A stretch of 64,000 nt of DNA from Chrysomallon squamiferum. Taxonomy: Eukaryota; Animalia; Mollusca. A model generated the notes under the pieces. That model searched no databases. It saw only the letters and a program-made list of their open reading frames with translations, and had not been told where the DNA came from. The stretch's first letter is position 1, and each line of letters opens with the position of its first letter. Shown one piece after another: positions 1 through 13,700 of this stretch. The stretch covers positions 17,174,001-17,238,000 of the forward strand of contig CM022679.1 of the NCBI GenBank assembly GCA_012295275.1, given 5' to 3'. The position numbers were made by a program, and so were the translations under genes.

Positions 1-589
1 CTTGTGTGTGCAATAGGACCTAAATAGATCCATGGTTTATTGTAACCTGGAGTGAAAATGAATGCTAATTTAAACTTTGACTTGTTGCCATCTCTGATGA
101 GAATCTGATCTTCTGAAAAAGTAAACAACTTAGAGCAAAAAAAAAAAAAAAATCAAAAAACAATTTAGGAATTAAAAAAAGAAGTAATAATATTTTTTTT
201 TTAAAAAGACACAGAAACAAACATCAACCCAACTAAAAATAGAATAGCTAAAAGTTATTTTTTACAATACAATCCACATTAAATTTTTAGAAAAGCTTAC
301 TTTACCCTTAAAAAATCTAATAACAAAATTAAATCAATATTATTCTCATATATGTATAATTCTGCATTTCAATTAGATAATATATACTATAGATGGAGAA
401 CAGGGTGACTTAATACTATTTGGCATTTTATAAAATTTGAAAGTTATGAAATAAGCTTAAATTAAAAGCGAAGGTGCTGTGTAGCAGTGAAAAATTCCTT
501 GCTGTAGTAAAGTATCGGTAAACAAGATTCTTTCAGTATGCAAACAGATTATAAATTTATTTCTTAAGTTCATTACTGGAAGCTAGTGT

Positions 590-805
590 AGAGTGAACCC
601 ACTAGGCCATTTCCTAGTAGTCAGAGTGTTCCTGTTTATGGAAAGGAGCATATAAAAGATCTCTTGCTGCTAATGGGAAAAAATAAAGAGGCTTATATGT
701 GAAGACAAAATATGTCCAAAATGGCAAATGGATCATGTCCAGCAGCTGATGATAGAAAATTAATAAAAGTGCTTTTGTGGTGTCATTAAACAAAACAAAC
801 TTTTA
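590..805 (+). mobile_element. Decayed SINE-like repeat copy
   Basis: Core gcatataaaagatctcttgctgctaat is shared with other copies (16/16 inverted match to 6010-6025). Tail gtggtgtcattaaacaaaacaaac. Confidence 0.6.
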
Positions 806-1399
806 ACATCAGGGTAAAGTAACATTGAAGAAACCCATTACTTCATGCTTCAGTGATGATTTTCACCACATAAGTATTGGCATAAAATTAATGGATTTGG
901 AAGGCTTAGTATTTATAAACACATGGCAGTGGTCACTGTTGGTGTATGTGTATTTCCCTGCAGCTCACAGCAACACAGGATGGTTATGCATATAGCAGAT
1001 GTGTTGAAGAACTTCTGTTCTAGTACATATTTTTGCCAGCTGGTTTAGATAACCAACAAGAAGTAGTGACAGGGATGTTTGCCTTTTAACTTGGCCAGAG
1101 GCATATTCAGATTTTGTGTTGGTCAAAGAAAAAGAAAGGAAATAAATATTTGGTAGTTCACTTCTTTGATCATCCGAAAAAAGAAAAGAAAATAGTGTTT
1201 CAGTTTTCATATTCTGGATTTTTATTGTCTTGTCTTAAGAAGCTACAGATGGAAGGATAACAGTTATATTTGAAAAACAAGACTTTTTCTCATTTAGTTT
1301 GTTGTCAGTATTCAAGAATGCGTCAAATTAAGTTTTATATATATATGTTAGGAAGCACTGATCATTGTTTGATTTAGATAAATGCTTTGATGATACTAA

Positions 1400-1602
1400 T
1401 CTTAAACACCTTCATCTTGTAAAATGAGCTATTTTAAACACCTAACTATTCTATAATGAGCAATACTAGTACCTAACCTGTTTTAAATGCTTAAATATTG
1501 TCAACTGAAAAATTTTCAATACCTTTATCTTGTACACAAAACAATTTTAGATACATATTTCTTGTACACTAAAGAACTACACTGCATTATTTTAAACACC
1601 TG
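1400..1602. repeat. Degenerate ~30-bp tandem repeat
   Basis: Recurrent ttaaacacct and tcttgtaca motifs. Confidence 0.5.
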
Positions 1603-4600
1603 AAGGAAAGGATGTTCAGACACATGCTTCCTTCATTTCACAGTCAGCCATGAGAAACACAAATGCCTGCTGTTAACCATGTTGTGAAATCTAACCACTC
1701 GGGTCCACTTTATTTATGATTTATTCTCCAGCTTTTGATATCATATACTAATATGTTTTCTTATTTACTGAAAGGTACACCTGAACATATAACTGTCTTG
1801 TATTACTAACAAGAAAAGGAAAGAGATACATTTTAAAATTAAACAAACCCTGTTTGCTGCCTGTTGTAATTTGGTTAATTGTCTAAAACAGCTTTAGAAA
1901 AGAGAGAAAAAAGAAAAATGGCATTGCAGCTGTCTGCTAGATCAAATAACAGTTTGTATTAGATATAGATATGGAATATATATTTTATAACAGCAAATTT
2001 CTTTAAATGATTCTTCAGCAATTTATAGAAATAAAACCACTATGATTTGTGCTATTTTTCATGAGGTCATGATGATTCTTCATGTCATTGCTGAATTTGT
2101 CAGATGTCAAATAAGTAAATGTATAAACTACAGAAACCGTGTCTTACATTTACATGTCATACAGAACTAAGAAATGAAAGTTTGATGTTAAAACATCTAA
2201 CCTTCAATAAAAGCAAGCAAACAGTTGTTGATAAAATCTTTCATCTTGCCTAAGAGTCTATACAACATATAACAAGTATGGATTAGCAGTTCCAGATAGT
2301 TAATTAGATTAACTGGATTCCAAAATTTAATTCAATAGAAGACTTGTTTTAAACCAATCTTTATCAATATATAAATTGTACAAACTGGATTTAATTAGTA
2401 CATTCTATTTATGATTTCAAATTTAACTTTCATTTTAATAACAACCATCCTTAATTGACAAATACACATACTTGTTTTTCAGAATACTTTTTTCAAGCAT
2501 AAGTAACAAATAAACTTTATACAGCACTACATCTTCAGACTCTGTATTCTGTTTGATTTTTATATCAGAAAAATGAAACCTGAAACAACTGTAGCATAAT
2601 ATGTTACATGATTGTTTTATCAAATGTAACATTATCCTGAAAACATTTCTCAGTATGTGTCTAATTGTAATATGCTTCGGAGTGTGGCATGACCGATTTT
2701 CCTTTTTTCTGAGCAGGACATCATTAATTACTTGTAAATTGTCTCTGTAATGTTGTTTGTGCTATGCTGACCTTATTTAATGTAATTAAGACATATTTTG
2801 TTCCAGTTTCCTAATACTGGACACTTGTTTACCAAAAGCTGACATTCTTTTCTATAATCAGGACAGCTGTTGTGTTCCAGTTATCAAAATGTCTGTCATT
2901 TATCCAGTAGAAGCATTCCTTTCTGCAATCAGGACAGACTTTGTGTTGTACAATTGTTTACCCAGCCCTCATATTCCTTACTGTTTACAAGCAGGCCAAT
3001 CATTTTATTGTCTTGTAATTATCACCTCTCTGTACATTTGTTTGTTCCGGTATTGATGGCACTGATATTGGTTTTGTACATGACATATCTATTTACATTT
3101 TAATGTGAGATCATTTTCAATATTTGACTAAGTCAAAAATGCCTTGCCCTTTATTTTAAATATATAACATTCAAAGTTGGTTGCAAATATTTGGTTTTGA
3201 ACATTATAATACTATTTTGGCTTCAATTGTTGTAATACCACTTAATTTATTTTTAAAAAAAATTTAGGATTTATTTTACATTGGATGATGAAAATGATTT
3301 ATTGTAAGTTGACATTTTTCAATTAGATGAAAGGAAACATGCTTTTGAAGGTGCCAAGGCAACTGACTTCTTGCTGTTAAATCAAATGGTAGTGTTTTCT
3401 CTGTGCCATGTTCTCTGGGAAACACCAGTTCTTAGACGTTTGTCTACGTTTCTTCATGGAGGGTTAAAAAAAGAAATCACATGCAAATTATGTTCTTTGT
3501 GCAACAGCTAATGAAAAAAAAAAACCTAAGAAAATGTTAATATTGAATTGTAAGAAAAAAAAAATACAGAGGGTTTTTGGAGAATATTTTAAAATATTCT
3601 ATATTTAGCTGTATCTACCAAAGAATCACCCTGACAACAATTTGGTCAGTATAGCACTGATGAAGTTTCTGACATTTTTAAAAATATAACTACAAAATAA
3701 TTAATAAATATAAATAAAAGAAGATAAAACAGGAGAAGATTTAATGGATAAAAATACTTTAGACAGATATAAATATAATATAGTTATCATTTTGGTGACA
3801 TTATTTCCATGATAAAATAAATATGTTCAAGGGAAGACATATTCTACTCTGTAATAACTGGTTTGTAGCTATTTTAAAGAACATTTATCTCACTGCCATT
3901 ACTTATGTATTCAGTCATTTTCATGATGCCCATGGTAGAGGAAACTTTCCAAATAACCTGAATAACAACCTTGTGTTTCAAACTAGAATGAAAATAGCAC
4001 CAAAGTATTCTCTTTGCAAGACACAATACTCTGTTACAGTGAAATGTTTGTTAAAAACTTTTACAACTATTGTCACAGCTTTGGATAATGACTGTGATGA
4101 TACCCAAGCTGTTATCTTGTTTTCAGTAGAACATATTCTCTCACCATTCATCCAGTTAGCATGTAACCTGGCTGAGGATGCTTATCATGAAATATCAGTT
4201 GTCTTGGTAGAGCAACAATTCTCATGTATCAATCCTCTGAATCTGTAGCAAAGAACTTGGTACTTATGTTCTCTGGGAAAGACCAGTTCTTACATGTTGA
4301 TCTGCCAACAGAGATGAACATTCTTCATAAGAGGCTGGCATATCAAATCAAGTGACTGGAAAGCATCTTTTTTTTTTTTTTTTTTTTTATGGAAATGAAT
4401 TATTTTACTATGGTATTTTACAAGAAATAGCATTACTTCTAACATACACAGCTGAGATGTTGCCTCTGATATCAAGAAGATGGGAAAGTAAAATGGAAAT
4501 TATTGTACAGTAGATTTTCAGGAAGCAGTTTCCAAAATCATGACTTGTATCTCAATATTACATCTTGGGTTCATACTATTGTAGCTATTGTGTCTGCAGA

Positions 4601-5837
4601 GAGATATTGTGTAGACTGAAGCTGTATTTCTGTGATGAAGCTAGCATATGTCTTTCAGGCTAACTACTAATAAAAATCCATCAGGAGTGAATAAGGAAAA
4701 ATTCAAACACAGGACTTGACTGACCTTTCACTTCTAACCTAACAGCCAAAGTGTAATAGTTGTATTATCTCATGATTTTTTTCATGCAGATTTTAAATAT
4801 CAGTGATAACTTTAATTTATATAATTTAATCAGGCAGAATCATGGAAACAACTAATTATGAAAACAAGATTTGGGAATAAATGAATACAAATTGTAACAT
4901 AGAATATTTAATTTCTCTAATTAAATATCAAAATAAATATAAAAAATATTTTGTATCTTTGTTTTTAATATTATAAAAAAATAATAAAAAGCATTTTATT
5001 AACTTGACATTGCCAATCATGAATTAAAAATAGATTGGTGTATTAGATGGAAAAAGATATATACAGCATTTTTTAAATTCCTGTTCTTGTTTGTGTCTGA
5101 ATTTATATAGTCCATTTAATCTTCATTGACCTCTGGCACATTGTATTCTTTTCCCATACGGTTTCATTCTTTGTTCTTTGAATATTTGTTGCATTTTTCC
5201 TTTGGTAGTTGTAAGGAAACACATGGTTCCACTTTGAGCCCCAACAAACTTCCTCCAACAGATGATGTTATTTTCCTTTCAGCACCAGCAGATTCTCACT
5301 GTTGTAAAACATATCTAAATCTGTTCTTTCTTACCTTAATTAATTTTTCTACAGCACAGTATCTAGTCATGAATGTTGATTTGTTAATGATTTATCTAAT
5401 CTAAAGGAACACGATCTTCCCAATGCAGATTCTGTTTTCAATGAAATAATTTTAAATCAAATTTGATGTGCAAAAAAAAAAGAAAAAGTTTAAAAAAGAA
5501 TGAAACTAATTCCCATTTTTCTATTTACATTAAACATTTAACAATATAAATAACAACAGACATTTAAACTGAAAAATACCATTTAACATTTTAGTTAAAC
5601 ACTAATAAATAGTATTTAGTGGGACTGCACAGACATTGTAAAAAAAACCTGTTACTGTGTAAGTCTGGCATGCTGCCACTTACAGTAAACAGAGATGAGA
5701 TAAATGGGTATTTGAGGTATTTCATGATAACAGGTGTAAGATATTCCTGTCTCTTCAGTGCCTTGTTAGTCAGAGAACAAAGCACAAGTTTTTCTTTGTC
5801 ACTAGAAACCCAGTGATTAGCTCAACACTTGTCATCA

Positions 5838-6050
5838 GTAAGGAATAAATATTTGTTTAACAATGTGTCAACACATTTGTTTATTAATGGTTTTTAGAAG
5901 TCAAAACATATATGGTCTTTGTAAAGTGTAAAACAGACGTACAAACAGTCAAAACATTATGATGAAATCATATAAGAAATTCACCATTATGTTGTTGGAT
6001 ACATGTTATTTAGCAGCAAGAGATCATTCAAATGCATATCAACAGATATT
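5838..6050 (-). mobile_element. Decayed SINE-like repeat copy, inverted
   Basis: ttagcagcaagagatc (6010-6025) is the reverse complement of 658-673. The left end resembles the inverted tail of the 26.4-kb copy. Confidence 0.55.
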
Positions 6051-7452
6051 TTGGCCATCATGTTTTTGGGCATTATTTTATACTGTGGCTATTATCCTTT
6101 ATATTTGTTGACAGATCAGTTTATTAAAATATTAATTTTAAAAGCTTCTAATTTATACAAAATGTGGAAAATATTTTCTGTTGCAATCTAAAGTTGAAAT
6201 CCAATTAATTCAAATTATTCAAAACATTGAAAAACATATTCATATTAGTAGTATAAGAAATCTTATTTTTCAGGTGCAACCCATTAATCATGCTTATGAA
6301 TAAATCATTGTATATCAAAGACTATATTACATTCTTCATTAACCCAACAATTGTCAAATAATGTATGTATGGAAAGTTCACTAAGTGAAACACCATAGCT
6401 TTTAATTATTGATCTTTACATAATACACATCAAAAACTCTATTCAAGTAAATTTTTATTGCTAAAAAACCACAATAAATAACAACAACAACAACAACAAC
6501 AACAATAATAAATAATAAACATCAACCAAACAAATCAAAATAAGCAAATAAAAGAAGTATCCCATTCAGTACAGAGCAAGAAATAACTTAATTATTTTAA
6601 AATTTATTATTATTATTATTGTTGTTGTTGTTCTTAATTTTTTATTTTTTTTTATATTTTTATATTTTTATTTTTACAGATTATTGGTATCATTTTATGT
6701 TTTGATCATATAGTATAAATTCTGGTAGATACTTTAAATGGAGATAATGTAATATCTGGAACTGATAATTACATTGAGCCTTTCATGTGATATATTGACT
6801 GTAGTGAAATAAACACTGTGATATATTACTTTTATTATACAGCATGATAACATGATTTTCTTTAAAGATTAATGTTGTTTAATCATCATGGAATGTTTTT
6901 TCAGGTTCATCAACTTAATGTACTTCACAAAAGTTTGTTACATAAATAATGCATTACATTGAACCATACACTTCATAAAGAGATTGATTCATAACAGCTT
7001 GAAGCATATTGCTATGAAGGTTTCTGTAAACCAGTTATAATGAAAAAATTCAGAAAATACTTAAATAACAGTGAAACAATTGCTAGGCAGTCATTTTAAT
7101 TGGTTTCAGTCTTGTATAGGTACCAGACCATATATTTAACAAGCTTGGGTTCAGACATGACAGAGATTTCTAGATTTTCTGGTTTTCTGGACAAGGACTT
7201 AATATATAAGTATAAAAATGTAAAATAAATGTTGAAAGGTAAAGAATAAAACTGTAATTAACAGATTTAACTGCTAAAGCCAGTTTTTTTTTGGAAATAG
7301 AGATTTTCTGTAAGCTGGGTAAATGATTTGGTATCTATATATTGCAACAGTAACTGTTTAATGAATCTGCCTTTCTGGTTTTAAGATGCCTTAAAGATGA
7401 TGTTTGTCTTACTTGCAGTCTCAACCAGTTCAGTTAAATACACTGCATGTCT

Positions 7453-7705
7453 GAAACAGTGACATAAAACTTGAGTAAAAGATAAATTCTGACTGGAAAC
7501 GAAATAGAAAAAAAGTTACCCAGCAGTTGCAGTCTTTATGTATTAAATTTATTACATGTTAGAAACACAGTAATTATGTTTAAACAATGATATAAAACTT
7601 GAGTAATAGATAAATGTTAAAATGGATAAAAATAATCAGCAGATGCAGTATGTATAAGTTAAATGTATTACATGTGTGTAACAAAACCATGGTGTTTAAG
7701 CAGTA
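7453..7705. repeat. Two-copy ~125-bp tandem duplication
   Basis: ataaaacttgagtaa[a/t]agataaat and cagcag[t/a]tgcagt...tattacatgt each occur twice in the same order. Confidence 0.8.
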
Positions 7706-10589
7706 ATAACCACATCTGAATGTTGAAATTGAACAAGATACCCAACTGAACTCATTGCTTATGCATCGCACTTAGCACAAATGCCAGTGTGCACATAACG
7801 AGTTAAATTGTCAGTTGCAATCACTCAGTCATCAGTTTATATCATCACTATATTTGTTAGTCTTGAGTCAAGATATCTTCTAAATGTTTTTCTGATTGTT
7901 TACTCAAAGAAAGTTACTGTCTCATGGAGGATACTTTTGAAGTAGTCTTAGGTGAAACAAGAATAAGTATGTAAACTGAACAACAGTGGCTGCTTTAAAG
8001 TGTTTTAATGAACCTTTTAAAGTGATCTACTTAAATCAGTTTAGCTAGCTCAGCTGAGCATTCACATGTGTTTTTCAACTGATTTAGTTAACTGGTTTAT
8101 TTTTTTAAGGTTTAATCATGTATAGTAAAAAATTGATTTCTCTGATAATGCTGTGAAAATAATTACAATCATAAATATATGATAGAAAATTGCTAAAGTG
8201 ATTTCTAAAGGTGATAGACAGCATTTCCATCATAATGTGAAATGCTAATATGTAGCGAATTTTAAAATGACATTCCATAGCTCTCTCAAAAATATTCTCA
8301 CCTAATTTCAGCTTCCTTCTACTTTTCCCCTAATATTTGGCTAAAAACATTCCTCTCCTACAGGACTAAGTTGTTGATAATCTGGAAAGTTGGAAGTCAA
8401 ACCTAACTTCAGAATTCTTTGAATGCTGGTGCTGTTTTGAGACAACACTTAGGAACATTAATGTTTCCTGTTATAGATGAGCTACAGATTAACTTATTGA
8501 GTGACAGGAAGCAGACATAGATAAGTCTGTTACTGCATGTTGACATTATCAGTTAAACATGAATCTGCACATCTCTTCAAAATATAAATGAATAATATAA
8601 AAATGTTATTAAATTTTAATTACATTGAGCATTAGAGATATAATGATGATGACTACATTTGATGGAAGAAAACACAGCAACCCAGGCATGCACCTTATGC
8701 TCATTCGGGTCTTTTGGAATTTTCTTCATTTTAAAAGTTTTCTAATCATCATGCTGATGAAATCATTCTTTTCAGTGGACCAATTTTTTTTTTTTAGGTA
8801 TTAATTGTTTTTTTGTAATTACTTCAGCATATTTAATGGTTTCAGATATATTGTTTTCTGGCATTTTTTTTTATTATGTAACTCACTGATTGAAAACTCA
8901 GATGTGTTGTGCATGACATCACATGGACAGAGTTAAAAAGCTATGGGTGGTCTGGGAGAAAATACATTTCTTCTTTTAAAAAAAACTGTCTGCATATATT
9001 TAGTTGTAAATGGTTAGGCATCTGTGCCAAATCTGTTTTTTTCATCCCATGGGTAATGATGTCGTTTTGTCAGTGATAGCATTACCAGACATTGTCATTC
9101 AGAAACTGTTCCTTGTAACATGCCATCAGGCTTTTGTCACAGAATAAACAAACATCAGATATGATTTCTTGACCTTCCTTTCACAATTTGGAATTGTTGT
9201 AGACAACCAATGTGTGAATGACATTTTCATGATTAAAACCTTTAAAAATGACTTGGGCTGTTTGTTTTTGGCCATCCAATATTGCAATTGAATTTTAAGA
9301 TGGGGATACAAAACATTATGCTTTCAAACTGGCTGGGTCACAACCTGGTCTAGACTTTGTACATTACCATGTCTTTCTGTAATATGAAGAATCTGTTAAT
9401 AAATGGGAAAGTACCAAATAGAATATTTGATCATTTTACAAATTTACTCAGTTTGTATATTGTTGCATAATATATGTTATATACAATAAATTTTCAAACT
9501 CTGGAAGTGGAAAAAAAAGTGTAGCAAGTGTTAATGTTAGTGTGTTTGTGATTTTGTGTGTTAAAGAGAAAAAAACTGTAATTTTATAGCATCTCAGAGA
9601 TTAAAATGATAAAATGTATTTCATCAGCTGTTATATTTTGAGCACTCTTCTTTGTAAGTTAAAAAAAAAAAAAAAAAAATTATATTTAATATATTTTGTT
9701 AGAGGGATTTTGGCTTTATATTTTACTATTTTAATTTCTTAGTGTTTTAATGTCTGATTACTGTAAATGTTTAGTGCAGTGAAAACAGACCATTTCCTTA
9801 AACAAAACCTTAAAATTATGTCTGCTGATTTTTGTTTTATCTGACAAATCAGCTAGAGAGATTTCTACAATTCAGATACATGAAAATAGTTGCTGTTTCT
9901 CTATTATTATTACTTAATAAAAAAAAAAATTTGGAGGGGGCATTTTAACATATAAAACATTATATAAATTAGTATTATAAACATATTATTTTAGGATAAT
10001 GTAATCAAATCGCTAGTCAGCTGTTGTATCTTAGCAAATAGGCTTTTTTCTACCCATGTTTGTGATTATGTCATAACTTGGTCATATTTGCATATACTTG
10101 TTATACTCTGATGCATGTTTGAACTATTGCATCTGTAAAAATATTAATCTTTTGTATCATGTTTCTTGACATGTTTATCAGAAAGTATCAAAGAGAAACC
10201 AGTAGCCTCTACTTGAAAGTACATTTAAAAGCCACATTTTGCTTAATGTTTTCACATGCACCTGTATGCAGGTTTTGTATGTCTTCTGTATATTTTTGAA
10301 CCTGAGTGGATTGTAATAGGTTTTCCATTTATGGTTATGGTGTCTTATTGTTATTATTTTTTTTTCACAACCTCTTATTTGTATAAAACTGGAAAACATT
10401 TGTGAATTATGAATTGAACATGAGAATATAATGAAAAAGGTTAACTACAATAATTGGATATGTAGGGAAAACATCCCCCAAAACCTTTGCATTTATGGTT
10501 TTGCAGCTATTGTGGAAAAAAACATGATGTATTAATTAACCAAATCTTGGCTTCATTAACACCTGTTCTATTCCATTTCAATCCACAAG

Positions 10590-10730
10590 AGTGCAGTGTT
10601 ATGCTCAGTGGGTAAATACTAAATCATGGATTGAAGGTAACTTCTCTTCACTCCAGCACTAGAGTAGTTTCCTTTCCAATCAATACAAGTTGAATATATA
10701 TATAAGATTCCTTGCTGCTAACAGAATGTT
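10590..10730 (+). mobile_element. SINE-like fragment
   Basis: atataagattccttgctgctaac (10700-10722) matches the family core. The boundaries are approximate. Confidence 0.4.
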
Positions 10731-13700
10731 TTTTGTTTTTTTGTTTTTTGTAAACATTACTTAAAAACATTAAATTATGCATTGTAAATATAGATGAAAT
10801 GTTTGAGAAATTTATTTTTCAGTTTAATTATCAATTATTTGTTGTTATTTTGGAGTGTTTTTTTTACTTACTTCAAAAGCTTTACATGATTAAAGTATCT
10901 CCAGCTTTTAGTAAGATATATTTTGATTTTGTTAATTTAATCTTGTTTCATGATTCTGAGCAATTTTTATGTGTCCACAATGTTCTCATTATGATTTGAA
11001 GTTTTTTTGTGTTGAAGGTACAAAGGTGTTAGGGATCAAGATCTGTAATGTTCCAGCATTCTGAATCATGTTGAAAGAATGCAGCTTTGATATTCCTTCA
11101 GTTTTGTTCAGAACACATGTCAGTCTCTGAACAGGTTTCAGACTAATGAAAGCATGAAATCAGAGTAAATTAAACTGGCAGAAAATTATTTCTAAGTCAG
11201 TAATGAAATATTTGTCCATAAAAAAATTGCTTACCCATATCTGTTTATATTTCATTTTGTAAATGTTAATAAAAACTGTAAAAATATTAACCCTTAAAAT
11301 CTCCAGATCCCAGTTTTTGTTTCCCTTTATGTTCGTTGGATATGTTTGGAGACACAACAAAACACTGGATTTAAATATTCACATGTTAAAGATAAAGTAA
11401 AGTCAATATGGTGTTTTTTAAGGTTGAAGAAGTTCTGACATCATTACCTGTCCATTCATCCATTCATCCACCCATCTATGCCTACATACATAAGCATCAA
11501 TTTAATAATAACTTACTTACTAAAAACGTAAAAAAAACAACAAAATACCCATAATCTATTAGTTCAGTGATTTGATAAAAAATAAAATTAAAAAAATTTA
11601 AAAATTTAAATTCATCTTTCTTATTTTAGAGTTTTTTTAATTAATTGATTTTTTTATTCTTTTTATATTTTACATTTATTAAAAATTGCTTACCAGAATA
11701 TTTAGACAATACTTTGCATTTTTAAAGACAAAAAAGAAGAATATCAATTGAAACTGATCACTTCATCAGACACTGAATGTGACAGATTTTTACAGTCATT
11801 TTTTAAATATATATATAATTTATTTTCACTTCTTTTCAAATTTTGGTATCAACTAAAAAAAACCAACATTTATATTTCAACATAATCTGATAGCATAACT
11901 ATTTAAAGAACTGCAAGCAGAACCTAAAAACACTTGGAATTGTTTGATATCTTTAATGTGGAGTGGATGATGTATGAATATTTAAGTACTACTGTTAATG
12001 AGTTCTGTATAAAATATGATTGCTGACCAGATTTTCTGATTACTGTGTTGAATTTGCAGTTATCAAATTATGAAAGGTTTGTGTGATGATAAAATTGACA
12101 TTGACAAAGTGGTTTCAGTGACTCTTTTGATGTTTAACTTGGATAGCAACCAGTCATTATTTCATATTTAAAATAAAATCTTAGAAGAGGGAATTTCCTT
12201 AGAGATTTCTTTATTGACATCATTCATAAGAAGTTCTCGCTCTAATCAGAAAATATAGCAAAACTGGGATTCATGTAGTTTTGAACATCATCTTTGTTCA
12301 AGATGATATTATTATCCAATCCAAAAATGTATAATACTTTTGATACTGGAAATATTAGTTAGGTTTGCCTGTATTTTATGTCACAACCAGATCTTTGAAT
12401 AGCTCTTACATGGCTGACATATGGTCCAAATTATGTTATTGAAAATAATCTTTGATATAATGATACCAAACATCTCCTTTGAGGTCTTATTCATGTGTTA
12501 TGTAGAGTCGATTGCTTATCACATGTTTTCAATGTATGTAATGTGTTGCTTGAAGTTCTATCATCCATGAATGAATGCAGAAAAAACAAAACAAGAATTT
12601 CTAAGTTTATAAATATATTTATAATATTCCATTTTCTTTTTTCTTTCCTTGTTTCTTTTTATTTTTTGCAAACATTCTTAGTTAGGCATAAATTAAGATT
12701 TTGTCAGATATTTTGTTTTCATTATGAAATTTGTTATAATAAGTTTGGTGTTGCTTTTTCCCTTTTCTTTATTATTAAGAATGAAAAAAAAAAAATATAT
12801 ATATGTTTAGTTAAAATGACTGTTGAATTAACATATAATTAAATAGAAAAATTATTTATTTTTAACTTTAGATGCAATAAACTATGCACACACACACCAA
12901 GAAAAAACAGACAAAAATGACATATATGCTCCACACACACACACACACACACACACACAACACACATTGTGTGCAGTATATATATAGATCCACACACACA
13001 TTTTATTCTCATGTGTAAAACTATTTATTGAATTTCAAGTGAATTTGGTCAAAACACTGAAGGAAAATAAAAACAGCCAGTCTAGGAAGGATGGAATTTG
13101 TAGAATTACAATGAAATACTCAGAGATGGTGAATGTAATCTGCAGTATACGTAGTTTGCTAAACATATTGCAGGGAAGTAGCAGCAGTTTGTTACAGTGA
13201 TAACTAGGAAGTATGTTACTGTGAGTCACCTGAAAATCTACTGTTAATACATGTACAACTGTCCTATTAATTAAGTTCTTTTCTAAATTTATTTTAAAGA
13301 AATATTCAAGCAAAAACAATATAAAAAGATAATCTTAATAAGGATAATATATTTTTTATGTTTCTGTTATTTTATTTTTACAAAAATGAAAAACAAAAAT
13401 AATAATTAGTTATAAGTCATCAAATATTTTTTTCAGGGATCTTTTGTTTGTTTGAAATAATAATATGCACCTTTCAGATTACAATTAATGAAAATGCTAA
13501 TGCGAAGGCAGAGAACTGTAGTTAGCTTAAACTTTATCAAATCATACATGTGTAATATTGTTTGTTAATGATGAAATACAGTGTGGGTGTGGTTAGTTTC
13601 TACAATCTTTCATTTCAAAAAAGTTTAAGCAAGTTTGTCATGACAAAAAAATTCTGCTTAAGATGGAAATTGTTAAGAGTAATCTGCATGAACTGCCTTT

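Noticed and set aside
964-1210. Plus-strand acceptor tttccctgcag| (LTATQDGYAYSRCVEELLF*) and an overlapping 81-aa minus ORF
   Set aside because: Neither resembles the missing SDR42E1 N-terminus or any family I recognise; the plus frame stops after 19 codons.
3061-3135. bantam-like sequence tgagatcatttt
   Set aside because: Only the 5' ~12 nt match, the 3' half diverges, and the upstream arm does not form a proper precursor stem.
3823-4248. 141-aa plus-strand ORF
   Set aside because: No recognisable domain, no convincing splice sites, and composition like the surrounding intron.
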